32,000 bases of DNA from Promethearchaeota archaeon (GTDB taxonomy: Archaea > Asgardarchaeota > Lokiarchaeia > Sigyniarchaeales > Promethearchaeaceae): positions 90,001-122,000 of the forward strand of contig JAFGBS010000002.1 in assembly GCA_016933055.1 (NCBI GenBank). The letters are read 5' to 3'. Of this stretch, positions 17,014 to 25,326 are shown in pieces. The notes beneath the pieces were generated by a model, which saw only the letters and a program-made list of their open reading frames with translations, had not been told where the DNA came from and did not search any database. The first letter of the stretch is position 1; the number at the start of each line of letters is the position of its first letter. The translations under genes and the position numbers were made by a program.

Positions 17014-19404
17014 TTACTTTTTTTCTTTATTATAATCATATTCTGCGATTTCACGTATTTTTTTTGCTGTTTTTTTTCCAATACCCGGGACTTGTTCTAG
17101 TTCGTCCTCAGCTGCAGTAAATATATTCTCGAGTGTTGAAAATGCTGTAAGTAGTTCTTGGGCTCGATATATATTAATCCCTGGTATTCCCGATATAATC
17201 TGCTCTTGCGCTTCTGCTTCCGAGGTAGTTTTTTTCGTATATACTTTGCCAATTGGAGTTTTCTCTTGATGGATTTTTTTTTCCAGTGCGATTAAGAGAT
17301 CAGCGGTTTCTGTAGCCGATTGAGTATACAACACACTTATCCGCATGTTCACGATGATACTGGCTAGCGCTCCTAAAATTGCGGTTTTTGATATGCTGAA
17401 TTGGTTAACTGGATTGCCTTCCAAGATAAGAATAGGAATATGAAAACTCTGAGAAAGATGATGTAATTCATCAAATAATCTTCCATCTTTAAGTGATTCT
17501 ACAAAATCAGAATCGGTTTTACGCTCTACTCCTACTTGTTCAGATAAGATATAATCTGCTACATTGAGAGTTTTTAATATTACGTCCATACCTTTCACAG
17601 CGAGCTCACGAACTACTGGTGATTGTGTTTCGCGGGTATCCGCAATAATGACTTGGCGTTTGGATTGAGAATCAGATGAAGGAGAAGAGTTTGATTGCTC
17701 TGTAACAGAGAGAAGAATTTCTGCATCCTTGATGCTATTTTCTTCTGATTCATGCATGAAATCTAGAATATTACCCATTTTTTGTTTTTTGGTAGATTTT
17801 TTTACTCCATTTTGTCCCGATGTACTTGTGTGAGAATTATTATAGTTTGCTAACACATGTTTCATTCGTTTTTCGCGTTTTTTTTCCGTATAATAATATC
17901 CTTCTTCTCGAGTTCCTTTTGCCATGAGAATATATAATTTACCTTCACTTTGCCTTCCTGTCCTACCACGGCGTTGTATAGTTCGGATTTCACTGGGTAT
18001 TACATCATAGAATATCACCAAATCACATTCTGCAATATCTAATCCTTCTTCTGCAACGCTAGTTGCTACCAGAGTGTTGATATCACCTGCACGGAATAAA
18101 TCCAGCTTTGCAATCTGTTCTTTTTGCGTCATCCCCTTCTCAATCTTTCTCCCTTTCTTCCGAGCTTGCTGTCCGATAAATTTCTCCGCTATTATGGACT
18201 CCGTATTATTGATAAACTCGACAATAGAATCTACCGTATCTCGAAAATTCGCAAATATCAATACTCGGGAATCTGGATTTTGTTGAAACTGTTGGTTTAG
18301 TAGATCTCTAATTTTTATTAATTTAGGATGCACAAAATCAGATTCCACTAAAGAACGAACTAATTGCATAGCCTTGCGATATTCTGTTGATTGCATTAAT
18401 TCATGAAGAGATTTTGAGGCTTTAGGAGTTTTTAATTCCGCTATGCACTTTTGATGGTATTTGTATAACGGATCGATTCCTTGGGCTTCCAGTAATTCCA
18501 GCATATGGGAAACTCGAATAGAATTCGATACTACTTTTTTCAAATAAAATGCATTTGTTAATTCCTCACTTGAAGCACTGGTGTCCCGAATCTTAAAGTC
18601 AATCCTCCGAGAGGAGGCAAGCAAATCTTTACGTGAAATTTTATTCAGACTGTAATGATCTAGAAAATTACTATTATATAGTTCCTTTTGGAAGATCTTC
18701 AGCATCGATTCCAAAATTTTCTTGGGTTGAAGGTATTCATTGGGAAGCTGAATTGGAATCCAATTCATCTGTACATCTTGGACATAAGGGGCTACATCGG
18801 GGCTTGTTTCCGAACGAATTTCTACATTTGAAATGTATAAATTTTCGCATACTTCTTGAATTTTTTCCTCATCCCCCCCCGGGGAAGCACTCATTCCTAG
18901 AATCAGACCGTGCGGATATTCTTGGTGATACATTTTCGCAATAAAGGTGTAAGCATAATCTCCCACTGCTCGATGGGCTTCATCAAATATAATCAAAGAA
19001 ACTTCCTTTAGATCTATTTTCTTATTTATAATATCATTTTGTAGAATTTGAGGAGTCAAAAACGCAATGGACGCATCGAGATATAATGTCTCTCGTTTTG
19101 TTGGAGGAACGGTTAACATAGGAAGTTGCCATTCTTCCAAGGTACTCATTTCAATAAATGATTGCTGGTGTTGTGCCACTAAAGGTTTTGTAGGAGCAAG
19201 AAATAAGATTTTTTTATCAGGTACTTGGGAATGAGTATATAATGCAAGCATGAGTGCAATAATGGTTTTTCCCATTCCCGTAGGGAGAACGACCAATGAA
19301 TTCTTTCCGATGCAAGATGCAAAAATGTTGGTTTGATAATCCCGCTGTTTCACTAGATTAGATTTAATAAAGGGTAGATCTAAAAATGTATCAGTATCGC
19401 TCAT
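17014..19404 (-). CDS. hef: Hef: FANCM/ERCC4-like SF2 helicase fused to XPF nuclease and HhH2
   Basis: PTGMGKT, DEAHRA, MSASPG, ATSVAEEGLDI, QRRGRTGR. Nuclease motifs ADTRE, ERKT..DF..S..DGRL. C-terminal IPGIN and VPGIGKKTA helix-hairpin-helix pair. Confidence 0.95.
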   Translation of the reverse strand: MSDTDTFLDLPFIKSNLVKQRDYQTNIFASCIGKNSLVVLPTGMGKTIIALMLALYTHSQVPDKKILFLAPTKPLVAQHQQSFIEMSTLEEWQLPMLTVPPTKRETLYLDASIAFLTPQILQNDIINKKIDLKEVSLIIFDEAHRAVGDYAYTFIAKMYHQEYPHGLILGMSASPGGDEEKIQEVCENLYISNVEIRSETSPDVAPYVQDVQMNWIPIQLPNEYLQPKKILESMLKIFQKELYNSNFLDHYSLNKISRKDLLASSRRIDFKIRDTSASSEELTNAFYLKKVVSNSIRVSHMLELLEAQGIDPLYKYHQKCIAELKTPKASKSLHELMQSTEYRKAMQLVRSLVESDFVHPKLIKIRDLLNQQFQQNPDSRVLIFANFRDTVDSIVEFINNTESIIAEKFIGQQARKKGRKIEKGMTQKEQIAKLDLFRAGDINTLVATSVAEEGLDIAECDLVIFYDVIPSEIRTIQRRGRTGRQSEGKLYILMAKGTREEGYYYTEKKREKRMKHVLANYNNSHTSTSGQNGVKKSTKKQKMGNILDFMHESEENSIKDAEILLSVTEQSNSSPSSDSQSKRQVIIADTRETQSPVVRELAVKGMDVILKTLNVADYILSEQVGVERKTDSDFVESLKDGRLFDELHHLSQSFHIPILILEGNPVNQFSISKTAILGALASIIVNMRISVLYTQSATETADLLIALEKKIHQEKTPIGKVYTKKTTSEAEAQEQIISGIPGINIYRAQELLTAFSTLENIFTAAEDELEQVPGIGKKTAKKIREIAEYDYNKEKK

Positions 19405-19563
19405 TGCACTCAGTCTGTGTTTCTTTGATCTAGGATCTTTGTTAGGTATAGAAGCGTTATTATTGCGACATTAGTAAAGAAGAAGAGTGTAAAAGTGAGA
19501 AAAGGATGTGTCATCGGGAGCGAGGGGGGAGATTTCCCATTAAGTATTAATGTCAGATATAAA

Positions 19564-19668
19564 TAGGGAAGGAGGGAATTGAACCCTCGATCTCCAGTGT
19601 GTGAGACTGGCGTTATTTACGGTTTTCAACGCAACAAAGGGCTGAAATAACCACTAAACTACTCCCCT
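19564..19668 (-). tRNA. tRNA-Val(CAC) with a 32-nt intron in the D-loop (intron about 19617-19648)
   Basis: Acceptor AGGGGAG/CTTCCCT with discriminator A; anticodon arm CCAGT-CTCACAC-ACTGG; T arm GAGGG-TTCAATT-CCCTC. Removing 32 nt gives a 73-nt cloverleaf whose D-arm (GTTT AGTGGTTA TAAC) parallels the intron-less paralogue. No encoded CCA. Confidence 0.9.
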
Positions 19669-19702
19669 TATCTTGATCTATCTTACAGATCTATCTCGGT
19701 TA

Positions 19703-19719
19703 TTTTAAGAAATTTGCGG
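19703..19719 (-). promoter_or_regulatory. Candidate BRE/TATA promoter of tRNA-Val(CAC)
   Basis: Minus strand reads CGCAAATTT-CTTAAAA about 35 nt upstream of the mature 5' end. The same CGCAAATT element precedes the purB TATA. Confidence 0.4.
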
Positions 19720-19804
19720 ATTACTGCACAATCTGAAATGGAAAAATTAAAATTTAAGCAATAATATGCGAAACTTATCACTTCTTTTGTTAGGTCTCAT
19801 AGCT

Positions 19805-20101
19805 ATGGTATACTCGAGAATTAAGCGCGAAAAATTAGAAGAAGCAAGAGAAAAAATTACGGTCGGCCCTGTTTTTTTGACTCGCTATGAACGTGCGCGA
19901 ATAATTGGGGCGCGCGCACTTCAAATAAGTTTAGGAGCGCCTATTTTAACTGATATCAGTGGTAACAGCGTTGAATTGGATTCCATGAAAATAGCAGAAA
20001 AAGAATTATTGTCAGGAATATTGCCACTTACCATCAGACGAACTCTTCCCAGTGGAAAATATCAGGACATTCCTCTTTCGTGGCTTTATATGGAAGATTA
20101 A
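19805..20101 (+). CDS. rpo6: DNA-directed RNA polymerase subunit Rpo6 (K / RPB6-like)
   Basis: [22 protein letters not shown]...[17 protein letters not shown], the RPB6/RpoK signature. ATG 19805 preferred over 19766, whose extension looks non-coding. Confidence 0.95.
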   Translation: MVYSRIKREKLEEAREKITVGPVFLTRYERARIIGARALQISLGAPILTDISGNSVELDSMKIAEKELLSGILPLTIRRTLPSGKYQDIPLSWLYMED

Positions 20102-20106
20102 AAAAA

Positions 20107-21621
20107 TTATAACAATTCTTCCCAGATTCCAGAATCGGCGATTTTGGAATACACTTCTTTAGCGATTTTATAGAGCTTTTCGTATTTTTCTACAGCCTTT
20201 GGATTGGGTGTCCATTTCTTGGTTATATTTGCAATTGACTCTGCGGCATCTACGATGTTCTTATAATCACCAACCCCGTAACTTGCTAAAATGGCTGCGC
20301 CAACGGCTGTACTCTCCTCTAATTCCCCACGACCACACGGAATATTCAACACATCTGCCATAATTTGATTCCAAATATCACTACGAGATCCCCCACCTGT
20401 TACTCGTAATTCTAGGATGTGACTTCCTAATTCACTAAATACATCAATGTTCTTCTTTACTTCATAACAAGTGCCTTCTAAAATTGAGCGTAACAGATCT
20501 TTGCGCTCATGACCGAGAGCCAATCCTAAGAAGACTCCGCGTGCATTGGGATTCCAATGAGGAGCACCTGCCCCCACCATATGAGGTACAAATAGTAGTC
20601 CTTTAGCACCTGGAGGAGACTGCGCAGCAAGCGAATTCATGATTTCATAGGGATCGATATTTTTCTGTTTTGCTTTTTGCACTTCATCCGTACACATCAC
20701 ATCCCGTGCCCAACGATAGGCAGATCCTGTAGTGAAGATACTCGCTTCCTGTACCCATGCACCAGGAACTGCATGACAAGAACATAACACTCTTTTATTC
20801 GGATCGAATTTAGGCTTATTAAGAAATCCTAAAATAAAAGATCCCGTTCCTGTGGTACATTTTGTTCGACCTTCTTGAGAAACCCCTACCCCCAATGCAG
20901 CACACTGTTGATCTCCCCCACCTGCAACCACAATAGTATTACCATCGAATGCAGTATCTTTTGCGATGATAGGACCTATTTGTGTTCCACTCGGTACGGC
21001 TTCCGGCATTTTATCCAAATCCAAACCCAAGTTCGTGGCAATATCTTCATCCCATTTTAAATTCTTAATGTTGAATAGCATCGTTCGGGATGCGTTTGAA
21101 TAATCTGTCATCCATTTACCTGTTAGTTTCATTACAATAAAGTCGTGTACGAGTAAAAATTTATGAGTGTTCTGATAAATTTCTGGTTTATGGTTTTTTA
21201 TCCATAAGATTTTGGAAGAGGAAAAATAGGGATCAACCGTTAGACCTGTTTTTTCGTAGATGGAATCAACACCTATACTTTTCTTAATAAAATTACATTC
21301 CTCTGTGGTCCTTCGATCTTGCCATACAATGGCATTGTGTAATGGAATACCTTTGCTATCAACGGGTACGATAGTCTCCCGTTGATTTGTGATAGCCACA
21401 CTTTTAATATTTTTAGATTTTACTTTTCCCTTTTTTAGAGCAATTTTTATGGTGGTTTTCAACGCATTCCACCAAAGGTTTGCATCTTGTTCCACCATTA
21501 CTGGTGTGGGAAAGAATGATTCCCATTCTTCATAATGTCGAGATACTTCCTTTCCTTCCTCATCAAATACAATTGTACGACATCCAGTTGTTCCTAAATC
21601 CAATGCACAATAATAATTCAT
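20107..21621 (-). CDS. FGGY-family carbohydrate kinase (glycerol kinase/xylulokinase-like)
   Basis: LDLGTTG, TNQRET, WQDRRT, DPYFS, TDYSNASRTMLFNI, GDQQ, GAPHWNPNARG and GGGSRS. The start could be 21621, 21627 or 21630. Confidence 0.9.
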   Translation of the reverse strand: MNYYCALDLGTTGCRTIVFDEEGKEVSRHYEEWESFFPTPVMVEQDANLWWNALKTTIKIALKKGKVKSKNIKSVAITNQRETIVPVDSKGIPLHNAIVWQDRRTTEECNFIKKSIGVDSIYEKTGLTVDPYFSSSKILWIKNHKPEIYQNTHKFLLVHDFIVMKLTGKWMTDYSNASRTMLFNIKNLKWDEDIATNLGLDLDKMPEAVPSGTQIGPIIAKDTAFDGNTIVVAGGGDQQCAALGVGVSQEGRTKCTTGTGSFILGFLNKPKFDPNKRVLCSCHAVPGAWVQEASIFTTGSAYRWARDVMCTDEVQKAKQKNIDPYEIMNSLAAQSPPGAKGLLFVPHMVGAGAPHWNPNARGVFLGLALGHERKDLLRSILEGTCYEVKKNIDVFSELGSHILELRVTGGGSRSDIWNQIMADVLNIPCGRGELEESTAVGAAILASYGVGDYKNIVDAAESIANITKKWTPNPKAVEKYEKLYKIAKEVYSKIADSGIWEELL

Positions 21622-21716
21622 GATCATCACAATTTTTTAATTTAATAAATACAAATCTAATTCGTTCTAACAAATTATATAGTTTCGTTTAATATTTTAC
21701 TATAAAGGGGTAGAGT

Positions 21717-21962
21717 ATGGAGATAAGCAAAATACAAAAATTTCTGAAGAATTTGCATAAATTTGATCCGAAAAAAGAGGAATTGGATTATTTTGAAATG
21801 GTCAAAGACCATGTTAATAATCTAAAGGACCTTATCAAATACCACAATGGACAATTGGATGTTGCCATAGGACAGATCTTTCTCGATTTGTTGCAATTCT
21901 GCAACATGGAAGGCATCGATTTAGAAACTGTGTTGAAGGATAAGTTACGATTTGGATTATAA
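21717..21962 (+). CDS. Small MazG-like all-alpha protein, apparently lacking the catalytic acidic residues
   Basis: MEISKIQKFLKNL...CNMEGIDLETVLKDK matches the archaeal MazG-like scaffold (MEI.E.Q..I.E.Y...LAN..GIDLEEA...K). The EExGE and EExAD motifs read DHVNN and VAIGQ. Confidence 0.55.
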   Translation: MEISKIQKFLKNLHKFDPKKEELDYFEMVKDHVNNLKDLIKYHNGQLDVAIGQIFLDLLQFCNMEGIDLETVLKDKLRFGL

Positions 21963-22198
21963 AATAAAAAATCTAATTTTTTTTACTACCACTTACCCTC
22001 CCATGAATTTTGAGCGTTACATTCTCATACTACCCTAAAAGTCGTTTTCGTTATCCTAAGAATAACTACAATAGTTTTTAGGATAGGAGGTCCTAACACC
22101 CTACCCGATGCTATTTTTGACGTTTAACGTTGTACTGCGATATAATTACCTTAAAACCTCTCAATCTTAAACATGTAGGACAGAATAGATGTAGACTA

Positions 22199-22864
22199 TT
22201 ATTTTGCTTTTTTCTTCGAAAATCCACATTGTGGACAAACCAATTGGGTAAATCCGACTTCATACCCTTCCAATCCCACTAATTCTGCATTACACACAGG
22301 ACATCGGGGGGAATAAGTAGGGAACCACTGTCCTTGAACATTAGGAGTAACTTTTAAATTATTAATCCAATTAGAAAATTGGTACATTTGAGGATTCAAA
22401 TTCATAGTTTTTTGTGCTTGTCGTGCTTCTTTTGGAGAAGATACGACTACAGCAAGGGATTTGATTTTATCCGGTTGATTGAGTAAGGTTAATGTCGCTA
22501 ATATTCCAGGTTTTCCCTCATTTCGTAAAAATTCTGCAAATTCTGGGGGTCCCACCCCAGCTAGTGCTCCATTCCCTCCATATTCCACTGCACGAGAAAA
22601 CAATATGTAAAAGTATCTCTCCCGGAAATCTTCTGCCCATACAAAAATCCATTGATGGGGTTCAAATTCTTGATTGTGGGAATCTACTATTCGCCTTAAC
22701 CCACTTTCGGCAAAATACCGTTGATCTGTTTGTATGTTCATAACAAGGTGCTGGAAAAATAGTTTTGCAATAGTGGGATAGCTACCATATATATCCTGTA
22801 TATCGGTAAGTTGCAGGGTCTGGGGGTGTTGTTTCCAACTAACAACGACATTGATGGTAAACAT
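22199..22864 (-). CDS. Hypothetical protein with C-terminal zinc ribbon
   Basis: 221-aa ORF ending CPVCNAEL...LVCPQCGF. No family recognised for the N-terminal ~180 aa. Confidence 0.7.
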   Translation of the reverse strand: MFTINVVVSWKQHPQTLQLTDIQDIYGSYPTIAKLFFQHLVMNIQTDQRYFAESGLRRIVDSHNQEFEPHQWIFVWAEDFRERYFYILFSRAVEYGGNGALAGVGPPEFAEFLRNEGKPGILATLTLLNQPDKIKSLAVVVSSPKEARQAQKTMNLNPQMYQFSNWINNLKVTPNVQGQWFPTYSPRCPVCNAELVGLEGYEVGFTQLVCPQCGFSKKKAK

Positions 22865-22914
22865 AATAACTGTCCATTTGAGTTTTTGGGTTATTTCGTT
22901 ATGGAAATAAGAAA

Positions 22915-22987
22915 TGGAGCCGGAGAGAATTGAACTCTCGACATCCGGTGTGTAAGACCGGCATCATAACCACTAGATCACGACTCC
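22915..22987 (-). tRNA. tRNA-Val(UAC), intron-less
   Basis: GGAGTCG/CGGCTCC acceptor with discriminator A; D-arm ATCT AGTGGTTA TGAT; anticodon arm CCGGT-CTTACAC-ACCGG; T arm GAGAG-TTCAATT-CTCTC; 73 nt, no encoded CCA. Confidence 0.96.
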
Positions 22988-23065
22988 TTGCATTTGTACT
23001 TAGGTATGACGACTATCCTAGAGGAGTGACCCTCTAGATGATTGACTTAATAGTTGGGGAACAAA

Positions 23066-23869
23066 TTAATTTTTCGAATTTTTGGATTGATACAATTCTA
23101 CAATATTCTGGGGGCGGAACATTGAGAATTGCGTATTCTTTAAATGCGGTCCTATATCTGCGAGAATTCCGGGTGCGGAAGTACCCTGTTTCAAGTATAC
23201 TACTGTTTCTAAAAATCCCATCCGTTCGATGATAATATAATCAGGATAATGCTTAGTGAATTTGATGGCTTTTTTTATACGTTTTCTGGGTTCTCCTGAG
23301 GAAAAAAGCATTTCAAATCCATCTGAAATCCACATCTGAATCATATCTAAGGATTTCTTAGCCAGTCTGCATTCTGCTTTTGAGTTATCCCGATCAACAT
23401 GAGTAATTTCAAAATACATAGGCATATTCTCAAAAAATCCATAGGCATTTACGAGTTGTCTTTTGGAAACCTTGTGATTACTGCATAATTGCGCTCGCAT
23501 CTCAAATAACGGATACAACGCATCTTTCTCAGGTTTCTCTATCCCGCAATCAATGAATAATCCAAAATTTACCGTTTCCGGGTCTCGAAATCGTCCTCTT
23601 ACAATTTGACCGGGTTGAAGAGATTCAAATTCATAAATTGTTCCAAATTCATGAATAAGATAATTTTTTACGAATTTTTCATCTTTCCCTTTCATAGCAA
23701 TCATGGGTCGATTTCCCGGTTGATGCAAACCTACATATTCGAACTCCACCTCATATTCTTTAGTCTTTTGCGAGATCAATTGTAGAAGAGCTCTAGATAG
23801 ATAGTTCTCATCCACGATTTTTTGGGGGGAATAAGAATAGAAATTGTCTAGAAGAGTCAGTAGGAGCAT
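23066..23869 (-). CDS. DUF2110-family archaeal protein (contains S1/OB-like segment)
   Basis: G+DE....NYL..EFG, RGRF.D...V.FGLFIDCGI..P.KDAL.PL, ERMGFLETVVYLKQGTSAPGILADIGP match the family pattern as I recall it. Confidence 0.75.
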   Translation of the reverse strand: MLLLTLLDNFYSYSPQKIVDENYLSRALLQLISQKTKEYEVEFEYVGLHQPGNRPMIAMKGKDEKFVKNYLIHEFGTIYEFESLQPGQIVRGRFRDPETVNFGLFIDCGIEKPEKDALYPLFEMRAQLCSNHKVSKRQLVNAYGFFENMPMYFEITHVDRDNSKAECRLAKKSLDMIQMWISDGFEMLFSSGEPRKRIKKAIKFTKHYPDYIIIERMGFLETVVYLKQGTSAPGILADIGPHLKNTQFSMFRPQNIVELYQSKNSKN

Positions 23870-23943
23870 CCGTTTTCACAGTAGATGAGTTTGTAAACAC
23901 ATTTATGTAGGAAAAAATATGAATTTTGGGAATTTGTTTTTAT

Positions 23944-23949
23944 TTTAAG
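23944..23949 (+). promoter_or_regulatory. TATA-like box of the profilin-like gene (probably leaderless)
   Basis: TTTAAG ends 25 nt upstream of ATG 23975. Confidence 0.4.
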
Positions 23950-23974
23950 CGGAATTTATTATAATTTAACGATC

Positions 23975-24358
23975 ATGTATGAAGATTTACTTGAAAAGTT
24001 TGAGATGTTTCGAGAAAAGCATTACGAATTCACGGGATTAATAATATGCTCTAATCAAGGTGATATTTTATTTACCACGCAATCTTTGGAATTAAGTTCT
24101 AGCGATTGTCAACAAATTATAAATTCGTGGCTACACTCCGCTGAACAACTTAACTTACACGAGATCCGCTATACGATTTTAAAAACTGATATCTACCAAT
24201 TTGCTGCATTAAATCCACACCTAAAAAAAGGGATCGTCGGTTCTATGGATAGAGAATACAATTATGCCATTGGTTTTGTGGACACCGAAACGAATCCCGA
24301 AAATTCGTTACTTCTTTCCTCCATCGAATTAAACAAACTCGTGTGGAATATGAATTAG
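23975..24358 (+). CDS. Asgard profilin-like protein (divergent)
   Basis: 127 aa with profilin secondary-structure pattern: GLIICSNQGDILFTTQS / IINSW / LNLHEIRYTILKT / KGIVGSMD / YAIGFV / C-terminal helix. It resembles Loki-type profilins (IAII...G.IV.QT.NW, I.GIKY.I, GHIVG, IAYV.P). Confidence 0.62.
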   Translation: MYEDLLEKFEMFREKHYEFTGLIICSNQGDILFTTQSLELSSSDCQQIINSWLHSAEQLNLHEIRYTILKTDIYQFAALNPHLKKGIVGSMDREYNYAIGFVDTETNPENSLLLSSIELNKLVWNMN

Positions 24359-24523
24359 TTACTTTTTTCTTGTTTTAGAAAATTATTTATTATGCAATTT
24401 ATTTCACTAACTAACGAGTGTGTAAAAAAGATCGTTATTGAGTAAAAGAACGAATTAAATTAAAGCATTAGAAATTAATATTGAGCACCTTAGGATGACA
24501 TAAAGGAGTAAAAGGTAAAAATC

Positions 24524-25243
24524 ATGTTTTCGAGAACGGGAAATGGATATGACCAATCAGTTTCGATGTTCAGCCCAGATGGGCGCTTGTTTCAAGTTGA
24601 ATATGCCATTGAGGCGGTTAGAAGAGGGACAACAGCAATTGCAGTACGAAATGAAGATAGTGTTATATTTGCTGTAGAAAAGCGAGGAAGCAATCCTCTT
24701 CAAGAGCGATTGGGCTCAGAAAAGATATTTAAGATTGATAACCACATCGGTGCTGCGATTGCGGGTTTAACGGCTGATGCACGAGCATTAATCGATCAAG
24801 CGCGTATTCAAGCACAAATTAATATTTTAAATTATGATGAAAAAATCTCTGTTGCAGATGTTACTCGTGAAATCTGTGATCAAGCACAGCAATATACCCA
24901 AATTGGGGGACGACGTCCTTATGGAGTGTCATTGTTGATTGGTGGGATTGATCCCAAGGGAGACCCCCAGATATTTATGACCGATCCATCAGGAGCCTAT
25001 TGGGGTTATTTTTCATGTGCAATCGGTTCTGGACAACAAAATGCTCGAACATTTTTAGAAGAAAATTATAAGAAAAACATGAAATTTGAAGAATTGCTTA
25101 AACTTGCGGTTAGAACGATAAAACAAGTTCTGGAATCGGAAATCACTGATGAGATGTTTGAAGTTGCTTATATACGCAAAGAAAATCTGGATTTAACAAT
25201 CCTAAGTACTGAAGAAAAACAAAAACTCCTCAAAGAAATCTAG
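24524..25243 (+). CDS. psmA: Proteasome alpha subunit
   Basis: GYDQSVSMFSPDGRLFQVEYA, KIFKIDNHIG, GLTADAR, RRPYGVSLLIGG, DPSGAY and AIGSG. Confidence 0.97.
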   Translation: MFSRTGNGYDQSVSMFSPDGRLFQVEYAIEAVRRGTTAIAVRNEDSVIFAVEKRGSNPLQERLGSEKIFKIDNHIGAAIAGLTADARALIDQARIQAQINILNYDEKISVADVTREICDQAQQYTQIGGRRPYGVSLLIGGIDPKGDPQIFMTDPSGAYWGYFSCAIGSGQQNARTFLEENYKKNMKFEELLKLAVRTIKQVLESEITDEMFEVAYIRKENLDLTILSTEEKQKLLKEI

Positions 25244-25326
25244 GTAGAAGGTAAACAGAAACAGAAATTTCTATTTTTTTGTTCTTTATATTCAGTGAGG
25301 ATCTAATAGGATAGAAGGTAAAAAAT

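Noticed and set aside
19405-19563. GC-rich patch (19515-19538) between hef and tRNA-Val(CAC) as a possible sRNA or tRNA fragment
   Set aside because: Only 4-6-bp stems, with no complete C/D box pair and no T-loop consensus.
19675-19696. 9-bp direct repeat GATCTATCT x2 in the tRNA-Val(CAC) leader region
   Set aside because: Two short copies only, plausible by chance; not a CRISPR or iteron array.
19766-19804. Longer ORF-track starts for rpo6 (19766), purB (2478) and the last GTPase (31680)
   Set aside because: The extensions look non-homologous and lie in promoter or leader DNA, so downstream ATGs fit better.
21963-22987. Integrated element at the 3' end of tRNA-Val(UAC)
   Set aside because: No integrase and no duplicated tRNA 3' end (att site) was seen downstream.
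23015-23039. Hairpin CTAGAGG-agtgac-CCTCTAG upstream of tRNA-Val(UAC)
   Set aside because: A 7-bp stem without a U-tract or other support; could be a terminator or leader element but cannot be supported.
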